A program made the translations under genes and the position numbers. Under the pieces are notes generated by a model, which ran no database searches, had not been told where the DNA came from, and saw only the letters and a program-made list of their open reading frames with translations. From contig CM000433.1 of assembly GCA_000165345.1 (NCBI GenBank), forward strand, positions 768,001 to 832,000: 64,000 nt of DNA, written 5' to 3'. Positions within the stretch are counted from its first letter, which is position 1. Every line of letters begins with the position of its first letter. Of this stretch, positions 1-10,757 are shown piece after piece.

Positions 1-11
1 GTATTAAAGAC

Positions 12-1121
12 ATGGATTCCAAAGGAAATATACTTGTAACTGCTAGTACGGATGAGACAATGAGGATTTACAATTTGAAAACCAGATGTGATAGTGGAAT
101 GCTGACTAAACATCAGGGTAGCGTGACTTATGTATGTTTGTCTTGGAACTATAAATACTTAATTTCGTGTGGAGAGGATAAAGTTGTATGTATTTGGAGA
201 TGTTCAAATTGGGATCCAATTAAAAGTTTTGATGATATTCATAACTGTATTCCGATTTCAGCAGATTTTCATCCTTCATTGAAACTTGCTTTAACTTTAG
301 ATATTGAAGGAAATATATGCATGTTAAACCTCATAGAAGGAAATTTAGCAGCCAAATTCACTGTACCAGGAATGGAAAAAAATGGTCAAAATTTGAATAG
401 AAGGTATGGACTTTTTACTCTGATAAAATTTAATATTTCAGGAACTTATTATGCTGTGCTTTCTCAAAGAGAGCTTATTATTTCAAATATAACTGATAAG
501 GAAGATTGGTATTTAAGTTATTCTATTACTGATTTTGGAGTTGGGCCTTCACAAATAACTTCTTTCTGTTGGATTACAAATCAAATCTTTTTGGTTGGTT
601 TTTCCAATGGACTAATTAGAATTCTTCAAGTAACTAAACAATGTCTAATAAATTTGGAAATTACCTTCACAGTTTCAAAAACAACTTCTGATGAAATTAA
701 GAATCCACATCTTGGAAACAGAATTAAAGGAATTTGTATTATTGGTTATAACCATCTCAAGGATGAAAATCTTGGTAATTCTAATATATGTGGAAGATTA
801 GTAACATGCGATTCTTCCGGTATTTTTGTTCTTTTTAACTTTAAATTGAAATTTAACAAAGAAATTGGTAATAGTTTATGTGAACTTGAAATTATGGATA
901 TACTTGATTCTGATAATAGAATCACTTGCATGACAATTGAAGACAAAAACCCAATAGATCCTTTGTCTTTATTTTTGCCTTCAACTAGCCAGGAAAACTC
1001 AGAATCCATAGTTGATAAAGGTTGCTTGTCTAGCACTCCAACCAAAGGTAACAAAAAACTGAAGGTCATTAAGAAATCTAAGCTGGATAATTCAAAAAAG
1101 AAGGATAATTTAAAACAGTAG
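12..1121 (+). CDS. WD40-repeat protein; the 5' end may lie upstream of the window
   Basis: 369-aa ORF with repeated WD-like blades (e.g. LISCGEDKVVCIW, TASTDETMRIYNL). The frame stays open back to nt 3, so the ATG at 12 may be internal. Confidence 0.55.
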   Translation: MDSKGNILVTASTDETMRIYNLKTRCDSGMLTKHQGSVTYVCLSWNYKYLISCGEDKVVCIWRCSNWDPIKSFDDIHNCIPISADFHPSLKLALTLDIEGNICMLNLIEGNLAAKFTVPGMEKNGQNLNRRYGLFTLIKFNISGTYYAVLSQRELIISNITDKEDWYLSYSITDFGVGPSQITSFCWITNQIFLVGFSNGLIRILQVTKQCLINLEITFTVSKTTSDEIKNPHLGNRIKGICIIGYNHLKDENLGNSNICGRLVTCDSSGIFVLFNFKLKFNKEIGNSLCELEIMDILDSDNRITCMTIEDKNPIDPLSLFLPSTSQENSESIVDKGCLSSTPTKGNKKLKVIKKSKLDNSKKKDNLKQ

Positions 1122-1295
1122 ATAATAATCTGGTAGTTTATTTACTTGAATTAATATCTGATCTATATTATAGTATAACTTGAACTTTAACTGTTCTTTT
1201 AACTTGACAATATTTCAAAATATGAACTTTTTTTTTATTTATTTTGGTTGATTCCAGAATTCTGGATGTCTTTTAGAAACTGATAAACTTGAATT

Positions 1296-1625
1296 TTAGT
1301 CTTGTTTACTATTTTTGGATTTTTCTTTTTGTACATTATATTGATGTAATCCTAGAGTCAATGCAGCAAGAAAGAAGAATGAAGAAGAATTGAAGGTAAT
1401 GTATTTCTCTGGAACTAAAGTTTTCCAGAGTTTTTCTTGCATTCTAGCCTGATCTGCTATTTTGTCACCATTAATAATTTCAGATTTCTTATTTAAATTA
1501 AACTTGGAATTTTTGAAATATTTGAATATATGAAGAAATTGCTTGGAGTTACTTGTAAGAAATGACCTTCTTACAAGTAAACTACTTAGATTAAGTAAAT
1601 TTCCATGGGATGTGGGAAATATCAT
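1296..1625 (-). CDS. small hypothetical protein, possibly a tail-anchored membrane protein
   Basis: 109-aa ORF with one C-terminal hydrophobic stretch (SSSFFFLAALTLGL) followed by a basic tail. A GGGCGCCAAA box sits about 53 nt upstream of its ATG. Confidence 0.3.
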   Translation of the reverse strand: MIFPTSHGNLLNLSSLLVRRSFLTSNSKQFLHIFKYFKNSKFNLNKKSEIINGDKIADQARMQEKLWKTLVPEKYITFNSSSFFFLAALTLGLHQYNVQKEKSKNSKQD

Positions 1626-1677
1626 CCTAAATTTAATAAATTAAAGTTTTTATTATACATGGCATTATTTTTAGACT

Positions 1678-1687
1678 GGGCGCCAAA
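1678..1687. promoter_or_regulatory. E2F-like GGCGCC box (GGGCGCCAAA)
   Basis: GC-rich near-palindrome in AT-rich DNA, 53 nt upstream of the minus-strand ORF that starts at 1625. Confidence 0.4.
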
Positions 1688-2061
1688 CTTGGAATTAATT
1701 TAAATGCATTTTAAAAGTAAATCAAGGTAAATGAATAAGAATTAAATAGAGAAAAAATTTTAAGAGAGTATATTGAGGGTTAAATCAAAGAAGATTAAAA
1801 AAATAATACATTAGGAATTAAATTGGAGATGTGTATCAAAGTATTTAACTTAGAATATATGAGATTTGTTAAATTACAATAGCTAGCTTTTGTTAAAATA
1901 GCCTTAAAAAAAGTCTTAATAGAATCATTTTGGGAATATTTAGGCTTTAATACATAGTTTGCATGCATTACATGCAAACTATGTATGAATATATTTATAT
2001 ATATATATATTTAAATCATTAAATTTTTAGAAGCTACCAGCTTATTGTTTTTTTTTACCTT

Positions 2062-2694
2062 TTAATTTTGTTCTTGTTTCATTAATTTAGTAATAATTTT
2101 GGGGGTCTTAAATAGTCGAAAACCATTAGAAATTGGCATTAAAGGGTAAATATCTTCAAAGAAGTAGTAGGTGTGTCCTACAATAATTCCCATTAAGTTA
2201 TCCCAAGGTCTCCATCCAATGACTAAACCCATACCCATTAATACCCATGGCAAGTAAGGAGCTCTTACGGTGAATATGAAAACCGACATTCTAGCAGATG
2301 GATTTCTTCTTCCCCAAATATAAGTCATTACGTTGATAACTGCTCCACTAAAAAGATATCCAGCTCCAAAGAAATATGAAAGGAGAAGAAGCATCCAAGA
2401 ACATGTTATTAGCATCCAAAGAAAGTCAGCTGGTCTACTGTGGAAAACTACATCTTCCAAAGACGCACAGTAATATAGAAGTACATAGGCATTCCAAAAG
2501 AAGTGAAGGCTGAATGTTCCAAAAAAGAAAAAACAAGTTGCAAGTCTCCATATTTGGTATTCGTTGATCACAAGTAGCCAATTTAAATACAAATTAAAGG
2601 GTGAAATAATATCTAGAGTGCATAACACCATCAATAAGGTTGAGATAGCGAAGTAGACCTTCGTTACTGGCGGAATATTATTCACTACCAACAT
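2062..2694 (-). CDS. DER1: Derlin (Der1-like ERAD membrane protein)
   Basis: 210 aa with four predicted TM helices and Der1-like signatures (YQIWRLATCFFFFG, GNxxDL-type loop). Confidence 0.8.
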   Translation of the reverse strand: MLVVNNIPPVTKVYFAISTLLMVLCTLDIISPFNLYLNWLLVINEYQIWRLATCFFFFGTFSLHFFWNAYVLLYYCASLEDVVFHSRPADFLWMLITCSWMLLLLSYFFGAGYLFSGAVINVMTYIWGRRNPSARMSVFIFTVRAPYLPWVLMGMGLVIGWRPWDNLMGIIVGHTYYFFEDIYPLMPISNGFRLFKTPKIITKLMKQEQN

Positions 2695-2767
2695 TTTTTT
2701 CTTCTTCTTGTTATTTTACAAGCCAACTTTTCTATATTCTCACATTAATACTTATTGGATTTATGCG

Positions 2768-2792
2768 TTGGGCGCCACTACTTGGCGCTCAA
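2768..2792. promoter_or_regulatory. tandem E2F-like boxes (TTGGGCGCCAC / TTGGCGCTCAA)
   Basis: Two adjacent GGCGCC-type boxes about 75-100 nt upstream of the derlin ATG on the minus strand. Confidence 0.45.
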
Positions 2793-3152
2793 CGCTAACA
2801 GTTGCATGCACAGAAATTATTCTGAAGAAGAGAAAGGCTAAGAAGAAAGAAGGTGAGGGGTGCATAGGTTTTGGTAGGAGGTGGAGAATGGGAGATAGGC
2901 GAGCTGGGGAATATGGGGAACAAGCAGTGCACCAATGGGTTGGTGATAAGCAAGAAGCATTGTATCAATCTCTTTTTTAAGTAAAGTAATGTTATTATAA
3001 TCTAGATAATTAAGAATTAGGTTAATTTAGAATTCAAAGAGTTTTGAGTTTAGATGATTACATAAAGATTGTAGACTTAGAAAAAAAATTTTAATAAGCT
3101 ATTCTTATATGTTAAAAGGGATAAAATAAATTGATTGAACTATGCTAAAGAA

Positions 3153-4358
3153 TTATCTGGCACGAGGAGCAAATATTGGAACAATAGCATCAACTTGGTC
3201 TTTTCTATTCATAAGGATCATTTCGGCAATCCAAGTAAGATTTCTAATTTCTTGTTCCTTAAGCCTGGCCCAGGCATAAAATACACCATAATTCATCTGC
3301 TGATCAAAAACAAGCTCACACATGGAGACAGTTTCAGCATATAATAAATCTTCTAAACTCTTAAATTGTCTATCAGCAAGATTCTTGTGACTTGAAGATT
3401 TCTTCTTATCAGTAGATTCATCCTTATCATCAGCAAGTCCAAAATCATTGGCAGTGTCATTAACATAGAATGCTTTGCATTGGTCATAGAGAGCACTGTA
3501 TTTTGAATATGGCTCCAAAGCAGCTCTTACACGAGTATCATTCCAGGCCTTTCTAATTTGTTCTGTGCCTTCTGGATATAAGTAACCAAAGCTTGGATAT
3601 AATGTAGAAGCACTCGAGAAATTAAAATTGAGTGAGTTTAAGGTAATTGCAAGAAGTCTAAAGTCCGCCTCACATTTTAAGACATGGCTCATAACTTCAG
3701 CAGATGTAGGATTCAAAGTTTGACAGAATCTATAGAAATCCTCAAGCCAAGATTTCTTAAGAGAACTTCTGAGAATCTCTAAATCCATTTCCTTAACAAT
3801 TGAGGTAACATCCTCATTTTCACCACTAAAGGATGTCAAAAATTCATCAAAGTATGGTCCAATTGGAGTCTCAATGAGAATTGACTTGTAAAGCTCATCA
3901 AAAGATGAAGACAAATCTAAAGCAACAAAAGCTCTTATTTCTGGGAAATATCCCAATGGGTCTAAACGAGCAAGAAGCTCTTCTGCTGGCTTCTTATTCA
4001 AAGCACCTTGGATCAAATTTACCACATTATCAATCATCTTCTCATAAGTAATGTAATTTAAAAACTTTCCCAATGGCTCATAAGCCTGAGATTGTAACAT
4101 CCTAAATTCATGAGCAAATTTTTCTCTACACTTTTGAGTTATCACATTCACTGACAGAGGAAGTGGCTCATCTTGCATAAATGTACCATAGTCTGTCTCT
4201 TCTAGTGCTGTTCTCATGTCTTCCAAAGTTTCAGCTTGGCCAATTAGGTGGTATTCATCCATTGTTATAAATCCTGATCTATACCCTCGAACCATTGCCT
4301 CCAAATACCCATCCTTTAAGTTAAATGTCAAAAGTTCCATCTTGAATTTAGTACTCAA
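3153..4358 (-). CDS. VMA6: V-type H+-ATPase V0 subunit d (AC39)
   Basis: 401 aa, collinear with remembered subunit d (e.g. GYLEAMVRGYRSG, HAYEPLGKFLNYITY, YPEG, VFYAWARLKEQEIRNLTWIAE). Confidence 0.85.
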   Translation of the reverse strand: MSTKFKMELLTFNLKDGYLEAMVRGYRSGFITMDEYHLIGQAETLEDMRTALEETDYGTFMQDEPLPLSVNVITQKCREKFAHEFRMLQSQAYEPLGKFLNYITYEKMIDNVVNLIQGALNKKPAEELLARLDPLGYFPEIRAFVALDLSSSFDELYKSILIETPIGPYFDEFLTSFSGENEDVTSIVKEMDLEILRSSLKKSWLEDFYRFCQTLNPTSAEVMSHVLKCEADFRLLAITLNSLNFNFSSASTLYPSFGYLYPEGTEQIRKAWNDTRVRAALEPYSKYSALYDQCKAFYVNDTANDFGLADDKDESTDKKKSSSHKNLADRQFKSLEDLLYAETVSMCELVFDQQMNYGVFYAWARLKEQEIRNLTWIAEMILMNRKDQVDAIVPIFAPRAR

Positions 4359-4462
4359 TAATAGAACTCCTTTTTCACGCCTTTTTTCTTCTTATTTATT
4401 TTTAATTCCCTCTTGTTTTTCTTAACATAATAGCCTTTTCCGCATTAATTTAGCGGCCACAT

Positions 4463-4497
4463 TGGCGCCATCTATATTTTGGCGGGAATTTCCGGTA
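4463..4497. promoter_or_regulatory. E2F-like boxes: TTGGCGCCAT followed by TTTTGGCGGGAATTTCCGGTA
   Basis: Classical TTTGGCGGGAA E2F consensus fused to a CCGGTA partner motif, about 105-140 nt upstream of the V-ATPase d ATG. Sits in the divergent intergenic region shared with cyclophilin. Confidence 0.5.
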
Positions 4498-5130
4498 TGG
4501 CATTTTTTATATTATCAAAAATGCAAAATCAATATGGGAATAAGGAGGTAAAACGATTTTAAAAGATTTTTTTTCCTGTTTACATTAAAATAAGCCATAA
4601 GTTGAATTATATTATATATATCATATTTTTCTGATTGATTTTATTAGTAAAAGTTTTCATTCGTTTTTTTACGTCCCGTTCTTATTATTATTTTTTTTGG
4701 ACTAGTTTCAAATTGTGCAACTTTAACTATAATAATACATGCAATTCTCTTGATTGAGGATTTTTTTTAAAAATAAATATAAGTCCATACATTAATCTAA
4801 ATAATAAAGAAATGAAAAATAACAAGGAAATTAACATATATGGCGATTATAATACAGAAAAAAACAGGAAATGTTGGAAAAGTACGTAAGAATGGATAAT
4901 ATATTTTAAAACTTAAATATGAAAGTTACTTTATTTAGTTAATTCGTTAAATGTTATTATTACAGTAGGTCTAATAATCATCCTCATCAACCAATAAATA
5001 TATTTCGTTTATGGTATTTTGCATCAATTTTTTTGTATTAAAAATCATATATCATATAAAGTAAAGATCTTTGTTATTTTGTCTATTTGCTCAATAATTA
5101 TATTCTCATAATAAAAAAAACCGGGAAAAT

Positions 5131-5142
5131 CTCGGCGCCATA
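5131..5142. promoter_or_regulatory. E2F-like box CTCGGCGCCATA
   Basis: About 117 nt upstream of the cyclophilin ATG. Confidence 0.4.
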
Positions 5143-5258
5143 TATTAATACAGTCATGGCAATTAATATATTATTAATTACCAAAAATAAAGGTTGGGAG
5201 TGACTAGGATATTTGGAAATTATGCAAATGCTTGAGTAAATCCTTATATATTTAGTTA

Positions 5259-5765
5259 TTGATTAAATTAATGGAGTCAGGATTGAAAGCACAAGGTGAG
5301 GTATCACCTCGTTCAGATGCAAGCCCAAATACTTTAATAAAGTTACCTACAAAGAAAAATACCCATGTATTTTTTGATATTTCTATTGGAGGAACTCCAA
5401 CAGGAAGGGTGGTATTTGAGTTATTTACAGAAATTGCTCCTTTGACGTCTGAGAATTTTAGAGCCCTATGCACTGGTGAGAAGGGTAGAAGCCAAAATGG
5501 AGTGGATCTGCATTATAAGGGATGTAAATTTCACAGAATTATCCCAGAATTTATGTGTCAAGGCGGAGATATATCTTCAGGTAATGGTACAGGAGGAGAG
5601 TCAATTTATGGACCTACTTTTGATGATGAGAATTTTGTATTAAAGCATAATTCTGCTGGATTATTATCTATGGCTAATTCTGGTCCAAATACAAATTCTT
5701 CCCAATTCTTTATTACAACCATTCCATGCCCTTGGTTAGATGGCAGACATGTTGTTTTTGGCAAG
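5259..5765 (+). CDS. cyclophilin-type peptidyl-prolyl isomerase, exon 1
   Basis: Cyclophilin core ([44 protein letters not shown]). The ORF reads into a GTAAGT donor at 5766. There is an N-terminal extension of about 35 aa, and the true start could be the Met at 5271. Confidence 0.8.
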
Positions 5766-6009
5766 GTAAGTTAAATTATCCTTATTAATATAACTTTGAA
5801 CCCAGACGTGTTCCAGATCTTTATATTTTTATTTTTTAAAAATGAATCTAATTAAAGATTTGGGTCTAAGATGGGTAATACTAAGCTCCAGTATTTTTGT
5901 CTGGTTTTAGTTTATACAATGTTAAACTAAGATCCTATAATACTGGTATAATCAAGTTTTACATAAAACTTATATTTTACCAGCTTTTGTTAATTATTTC
6001 GTATTTCAG

Positions 6010-6111
6010 ATTTTAACAGGTGCTGATGTAGTTGCTAGTATGGAGAGATTTGGTTCTAGCAACGGAAAGACCAGCGTTTCAGTTGTGATTGCTGACTGTG
6101 GTCAAATTTAA
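6010..6111 (+). CDS. cyclophilin, exon 2 (C-terminus)
   Basis: Follows a tttcag acceptor at 6008-6009, in phase with exon 1. It encodes ILTGADVVASMERFGSSNGKTSVSVVIADCGQI*, matching the remembered cyclophilin C-terminus (EAMERFGS...NGKTS...IADCGQL). The intron is 5766-6009 (244 nt). Confidence 0.7.
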   Translation: MLTGADVVASMERFGSSNGKTSVSVVIADCGQI

Positions 6112-6214
6112 CCCAAAACTAGAACAAAGCTAAAAAGATTAAAAAGAGATTATTTTTATTTATTTTTATATTAATGCTATTATTCCTAAAATAATAATTT
6201 TTGGTTTTTTAAGC

Positions 6215-6877
6215 CTAATTTTCCAAGATCTTTTTGATTTGCTCTGTAACTTCTTTAGGAGGTAGCTTAGCATTCACTCTCTTTAGTATTCCTAGGTCTT
6301 CATAAAACTTCACTAATGGAGCAGTCTGTTTATGGAATACATCAAGACGAACCTTCACAGCTTCTGCATTATCATCATCTCTCCATACAAGAGGCTCACC
6401 TGTGACATCATCTATACCTGGCTGCTTTGGAGGATTATACTTTACATGGTAAATTCTTCCAGATGCTGGGTGAGTGCATCTTCCAGAAATTCTTTCAATA
6501 ATCTCAGAATCGTCAATTTCAAAGTAAATTACACTAGTTAAAGAATCTCCAATTTCACTTAGTATCTTTGCTAATCCCTCAGCTTGTGGAATTGTTCTTG
6601 GAAATCCGTCCAAGACAAACCCATTTACACATACTCCCAAATCAAACTTTTCCTTAACTAATCCAAGTACAATTTCATCTCCAACAAAGTTCCCTGATTC
6701 AATAATACTTTTCGCTTCCAAACCAATTTTTGTGCCATTTTTTATTGCTTCTCTCAGCATATCACCAGTAGATAAATGTGCCAATCCATACTCTTTCTTG
6801 ATGAATTCACATTGGGTACCTTTCCCACTTCCTGGAGCTCCAATAAGAATTAAATTATGCTTTTTCGAATTTGACAT
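6215..6877 (-). CDS. ADK: adenylate kinase
   Basis: 220 aa with P-loop GAPGSGKGTQC, LID region (GRCTHPASGRIYH) and NMP-binding segment. Confidence 0.85.
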   Translation of the reverse strand: MSNSKKHNLILIGAPGSGKGTQCEFIKKEYGLAHLSTGDMLREAIKNGTKIGLEAKSIIESGNFVGDEIVLGLVKEKFDLGVCVNGFVLDGFPRTIPQAEGLAKILSEIGDSLTSVIYFEIDDSEIIERISGRCTHPASGRIYHVKYNPPKQPGIDDVTGEPLVWRDDDNAEAVKVRLDVFHKQTAPLVKFYEDLGILKRVNAKLPPKEVTEQIKKILEN

Positions 6878-6975
6878 TTTCTATTCAATGCAGCTTTTCT
6901 TTTTTATTTGGGTTTAAATAAACTGAAAAAGAAAATGTTTCCTTTCTGGCATTATTGCTCTTAATTTATAGGCCA

Positions 6976-7012
6976 CGATTTCCCGCCTTTTGCCGGTATT
7001 AAGTGGGGCGCG
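6976..7012. promoter_or_regulatory. E2F-like TTTCCCGCC (GGCGGGAAA on the other strand) + CCGGTA, then GGGGCGCGG
   Basis: Divergent promoter region about 100 nt upstream of the adenylate kinase ATG (minus strand) and about 370 nt upstream of the gene starting at 7378. Confidence 0.45.
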
Positions 7013-7377
7013 GTACCTGTATTTAAGAATAATAATTGAAAGAAATACATTTTTTTTTTTTTTTTTCTAAATGACTTGAAGATTCACAAAAAAACAAAAC
7101 AAAAAACAGTGATTGGCAATATTTAGATTAAATAAGGAATTATTCAAGACAAGTAGTGGCCCCTATACTGTGGGATTTAAGCTATTATTCCAGTAATAGC
7201 AGTATCATAAACTACATTCAATACTTGTACTTTGAAATCTAAGTAAAAATAGAGTGAGGAAGAGGAAACGAAGTATTATTTAGACATATACAGTAACTAT
7301 TCTGAGTTATTTTCTCTATATATTTCTTTTTTTTAATGTAAACTTTTAAAGTTTCTTTTTGTTTTCTCAATTAAACA

Positions 7378-10300
7378 ATGTCAATTCTAGTGGATGGTCA
7401 GGCATTATCAGTAACAGATCTCTTCCAAAAATATGATTTAGATGAAATTAGTGATATTCTGGTTAAGATAAAAAAAGAGATTTTTGTGAGAACAAATGAA
7501 GTTAAAAAAGTCATTGGATCTAATCCAGACTTAATGATTGATTTTGGAGAGAATGTTTCGAATATTTATGATGCAAGTACCAAATTGAATATCAGCACAT
7601 TTGAGCTACTTAATGATATTGATAAATTTAGTAATAGTCTTAATGATCGAATTTCAGACTTTGTTCAAGAAGAGCTCCCAGATGTAATAAATAAAGAAGA
7701 TTTAACCTCTATTTTGAGTTATCAAGAGAAACATGAGAAACTTTACTTTGGTATCCTAGAATCCTTCTCAAAGAAAAGCTTTGTACAAAGTTATGAGCTA
7801 TATTTGAAACATAAACAATTTGTAAGTGAGGATACCTCAGATTCAGATAATTATCTATTTAAAGATTCTTTCTTTATTAAGCAAAGTATTTCCAGTAATT
7901 GTTATACATTTATCCAAAGTTGTGAGAAGCTAACTTCAGTTGAATTGGCACAATTAATTATGATCAGATATTTACTAGAGATTGAGGATAAACATTCTGA
8001 TCATTTGGAATATATTGAATCTGACTTCAAGACAATTCTAGAAAATGCATTGATTTTAAGGGTTGACGAGACTATTAAAGGTTTAAAGTATGCGAGGATT
8101 ACAGATAGTGATGATATTGTAAATATGGAGGAGCGTAATAATAGGCTTTGCCAGACTTTCATGATAGCTATGACTGTTTTGGTTGATATTTATGAGCTTA
8201 AAGAGTCAATATTACTTGTTTACTCTGAATTTAAACAGAAAGGATGGTGTCAATTTCAATCTTTGGATGATATTTCAGCCTGTGTATTACTTTTAAACAA
8301 CAGCGAGCATATATCAAGGCTTTTATCAGTTCTATTGGAAGAGTTTAAATCTATGGGAAAAGAAAAAGTGGCTGAAACTAGCCATATAGAAAATATTGAT
8401 ACGAATTACAGTAAAGAGCCTGAGAGAATAAAACAAAGTTTTAGGTCCAGATTCCTTTCTAGAATATATCTGAATCTATTTAATACAATTAGTCATGGAG
8501 TGGGTATAGAAATATTAAGAAATTCATTTTTCCCAATTTTGATTTCAAGTATTGAGGAAGATCTACTAAAGTTTCTTTTGAATGGGAATAAGAAAGAATT
8601 ATTGGATTTAATTTTGATATCTGAGGAAAATATCGAGTTTTGCTTTAACAAGAAAATGAATAATATCTTTGGAGATAATGATACAATTAAATGGTTATTG
8701 TTCAAGAACGAATCTTTTGAGATACTACTAGAAGAGATAAAGGATACAGAAGAACTTCTTGATAAAATTGAACCTTCAGAAAAGAATTCCATCCTCAGAG
8801 GTATCTCTGAAAGATGCTTTGGGTCTGTTATAAACAAGTTTATTGAATTTAACAGAATATTACTATGGTCTATTAAAGGTAAGGATTTTAAGCAAATCCC
8901 AGAAATTGTAACAAAGGATAAAGATGATCCATTTGTGAATATTCATAAATTCTCTAATGTTTTAATACAAGGAAAACGGTTAGAGGTTCTTGAATCTTAT
9001 CTTATTGAATATCTTTCAACAGACCAGGAAGATTCTAGCTTTTCCTTTCAATCTTTGACACAGGATTTCAATATTGGTCTTGGGAATGTTAATTGGAAGA
9101 CCCTTTTAAGAGTTTGTAATGAAATTAGTGCATCTATTGAGGATTCTTCTTTAACTACTCAAACCATTATGCTTAGCGCATTAGGAGAATTTGCAAAATC
9201 ATATATAAGCTCTGAATACCTTGTTAGGCACATTCAAAATATAAAAACACTAAACAATATTTTGTACTCATTAATGATTCATAAAGAAGATCTTTCTCAA
9301 AAAATATGTATTTACCAGTCACTTTTACAGAGAATCATTAACAAGTTGAATGATAAATGCCTTATTAATAAAGAAACTCTACCTCTTTCATCTTTATATC
9401 ATCAATTTGGTTTTATTGGAGAAAATTCAGTTACTCCTCATACTTTGTTATTACAGTTTTGCTTTGAACTTTATATGATATCAACGCAACTAGCTTCTGA
9501 AGCCCAAAAATCCACCTTTGATTTGGCTTGCAGATCTTATTTTAAAGCTTATATAATTCCATTGCAGATCGATGCCATTAAATTCCTCACAGAATTGTAC
9601 TTTAAACTGGAAGATTCTCCTCAAAGCAATGAGAATTCAAACGAAAAATTAAAAGACAACAAAGATCAGTTAGTTAAGTCTATTTCTTGCCTTTATAGTG
9701 ATATTTTATGGAGCACGAGATTCTCCGTCTGCAAAAATTCTATAATACAAGATGATAAAATTAATAATTTAGATCATCTGGAAGGATTTTCATCAACAAT
9801 AGATATTGTAAAGACCATTTTAAAATCTGAAAATCTGACTTCAATTGAAAATGGGATCCTTAAACTACTTAAAGAAGCTCAAGAAGACTATGATCTAGAG
9901 GCTTGCCACCAGTTACCCAAAGTACAGGACTTATTTGCAAATAATGTACAGAGATTCCCAACTTCACCTTTAGTAAAATCTTCCTCTATGGGATCCATTT
10001 CAAACAAAATTGCCATTGCAAATGATAAAACTCTTAAAGCCAACATGGATTCAAATAGCGTTTCTGGCAATAGTGACTATGGCCAGTTCCTATTAACCCA
10101 TTATTCTGATATTCTCAAAAACTATAACAAGTCAGAAGCCATTCGTGTTGCCTCTAAAGTTTCGAGTGTAGTTAATAGCTTTGAATCTGTCAATAATACA
10201 AACAATTCTAACATTAAAGAAGAAAAAGTTAGTGGATGGTTTTCTATGGGTAGTGGTGGACATCATGAAGAATCTTCTCCCAGTATTACTAAGAGTGATA

Positions 10301-10437
10301 ATGGCGCGGGCTCTTTTATTAATAATAATGGATCAGGTGTTATCGGAATTAATAAGAAAATAGATACCCAGTCTATCTGGCAGGTTTCCAATCTACTCAA
10401 GGAAACGGTCAAGGATAGAGTTTTTGGTCAACAATAA
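7378..10437 (+). CDS. hypothetical 1019-aa protein; possible COG1/Vps51-family tethering-complex subunit (weak)
   Basis: The N-terminal block (TDLFQKYDLDEISDILVKIKKEIFVRTNEVKKVIGSNPDLMIDFGENV) parallels the COG1/Vps51 N-terminal motif (…EELRQMVGERYRDLIEAADTI). The rest is low-complexity helical sequence. Confidence 0.25.
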   Translation: MSILVDGQALSVTDLFQKYDLDEISDILVKIKKEIFVRTNEVKKVIGSNPDLMIDFGENVSNIYDASTKLNISTFELLNDIDKFSNSLNDRISDFVQEELPDVINKEDLTSILSYQEKHEKLYFGILESFSKKSFVQSYELYLKHKQFVSEDTSDSDNYLFKDSFFIKQSISSNCYTFIQSCEKLTSVELAQLIMIRYLLEIEDKHSDHLEYIESDFKTILENALILRVDETIKGLKYARITDSDDIVNMEERNNRLCQTFMIAMTVLVDIYELKESILLVYSEFKQKGWCQFQSLDDISACVLLLNNSEHISRLLSVLLEEFKSMGKEKVAETSHIENIDTNYSKEPERIKQSFRSRFLSRIYLNLFNTISHGVGIEILRNSFFPILISSIEEDLLKFLLNGNKKELLDLILISEENIEFCFNKKMNNIFGDNDTIKWLLFKNESFEILLEEIKDTEELLDKIEPSEKNSILRGISERCFGSVINKFIEFNRILLWSIKGKDFKQIPEIVTKDKDDPFVNIHKFSNVLIQGKRLEVLESYLIEYLSTDQEDSSFSFQSLTQDFNIGLGNVNWKTLLRVCNEISASIEDSSLTTQTIMLSALGEFAKSYISSEYLVRHIQNIKTLNNILYSLMIHKEDLSQKICIYQSLLQRIINKLNDKCLINKETLPLSSLYHQFGFIGENSVTPHTLLLQFCFELYMISTQLASEAQKSTFDLACRSYFKAYIIPLQIDAIKFLTELYFKLEDSPQSNENSNEKLKDNKDQLVKSISCLYSDILWSTRFSVCKNSIIQDDKINNLDHLEGFSSTIDIVKTILKSENLTSIENGILKLLKEAQEDYDLEACHQLPKVQDLFANNVQRFPTSPLVKSSSMGSISNKIAIANDKTLKANMDSNSVSGNSDYGQFLLTHYSDILKNYNKSEAIRVASKVSSVVNSFESVNNTNNSNIKEEKVSGWFSMGSGGHHEESSPSITKSDNGAGSFINNNGSGVIGINKKIDTQSIWQVSNLLKETVKDRVFGQQ

Positions 10438-10745
10438 ATATTGAATAGTCTATAATTCCAGGTTGAATCTAGATTTTTTTTTCAAAATTGATTTTCTTTA
10501 ATTAATAATGGATTAATATACTAGTATTTAATATTATATAATAGTTTTTCCATCTTTTTGTTTTAAGTTATATTTCTATTTGATCTACCTTTCAAGAAAT
10601 CACATTTTCAATCGTTATCATGTAAAAAAAATAGCTATTAAGAAGCATTCGTAAATAATTTTTATAGTTTATGAAAGACAATATTTATTTATAATTTTGT
10701 GCTTGCAATAATTTACTGGAGATTTGCATGCACCAAATGCATTTA

Positions 10746-10757
10746 TTTGGCGGGAAC
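10746..10757. promoter_or_regulatory. E2F-like TTTGGCGGGAAC next to TGCATGCA
   Basis: Lies in the 1-kb intergenic region. TTGCATGCAC sits 10 nt upstream (10729-10738). Confidence 0.35.

Noticed and set aside
746-1069. Many short ORFs in the six-frame track that overlap long genes on the opposite strand or in another frame (e.g. 746-1069, 4216-4425, 6332-6541, 8493-8837, 11530-11799, 17653-17853, 30107-30424, 32098-32514, 41644-41880, 50383-50700, 51378-51680, 53489-53920, 57788-58135, 60719-61060)
   Set aside because: They are fully nested within well-supported, domain-bearing genes. They have no start context or upstream GC box and show low-complexity translations. Treated as shadow ORFs.
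2708-2980. 90-aa ORF across the derlin upstream region
   Set aside because: It runs through the E2F boxes and the G-rich island and has an R/G-rich low-complexity translation. It is most likely non-coding promoter sequence.
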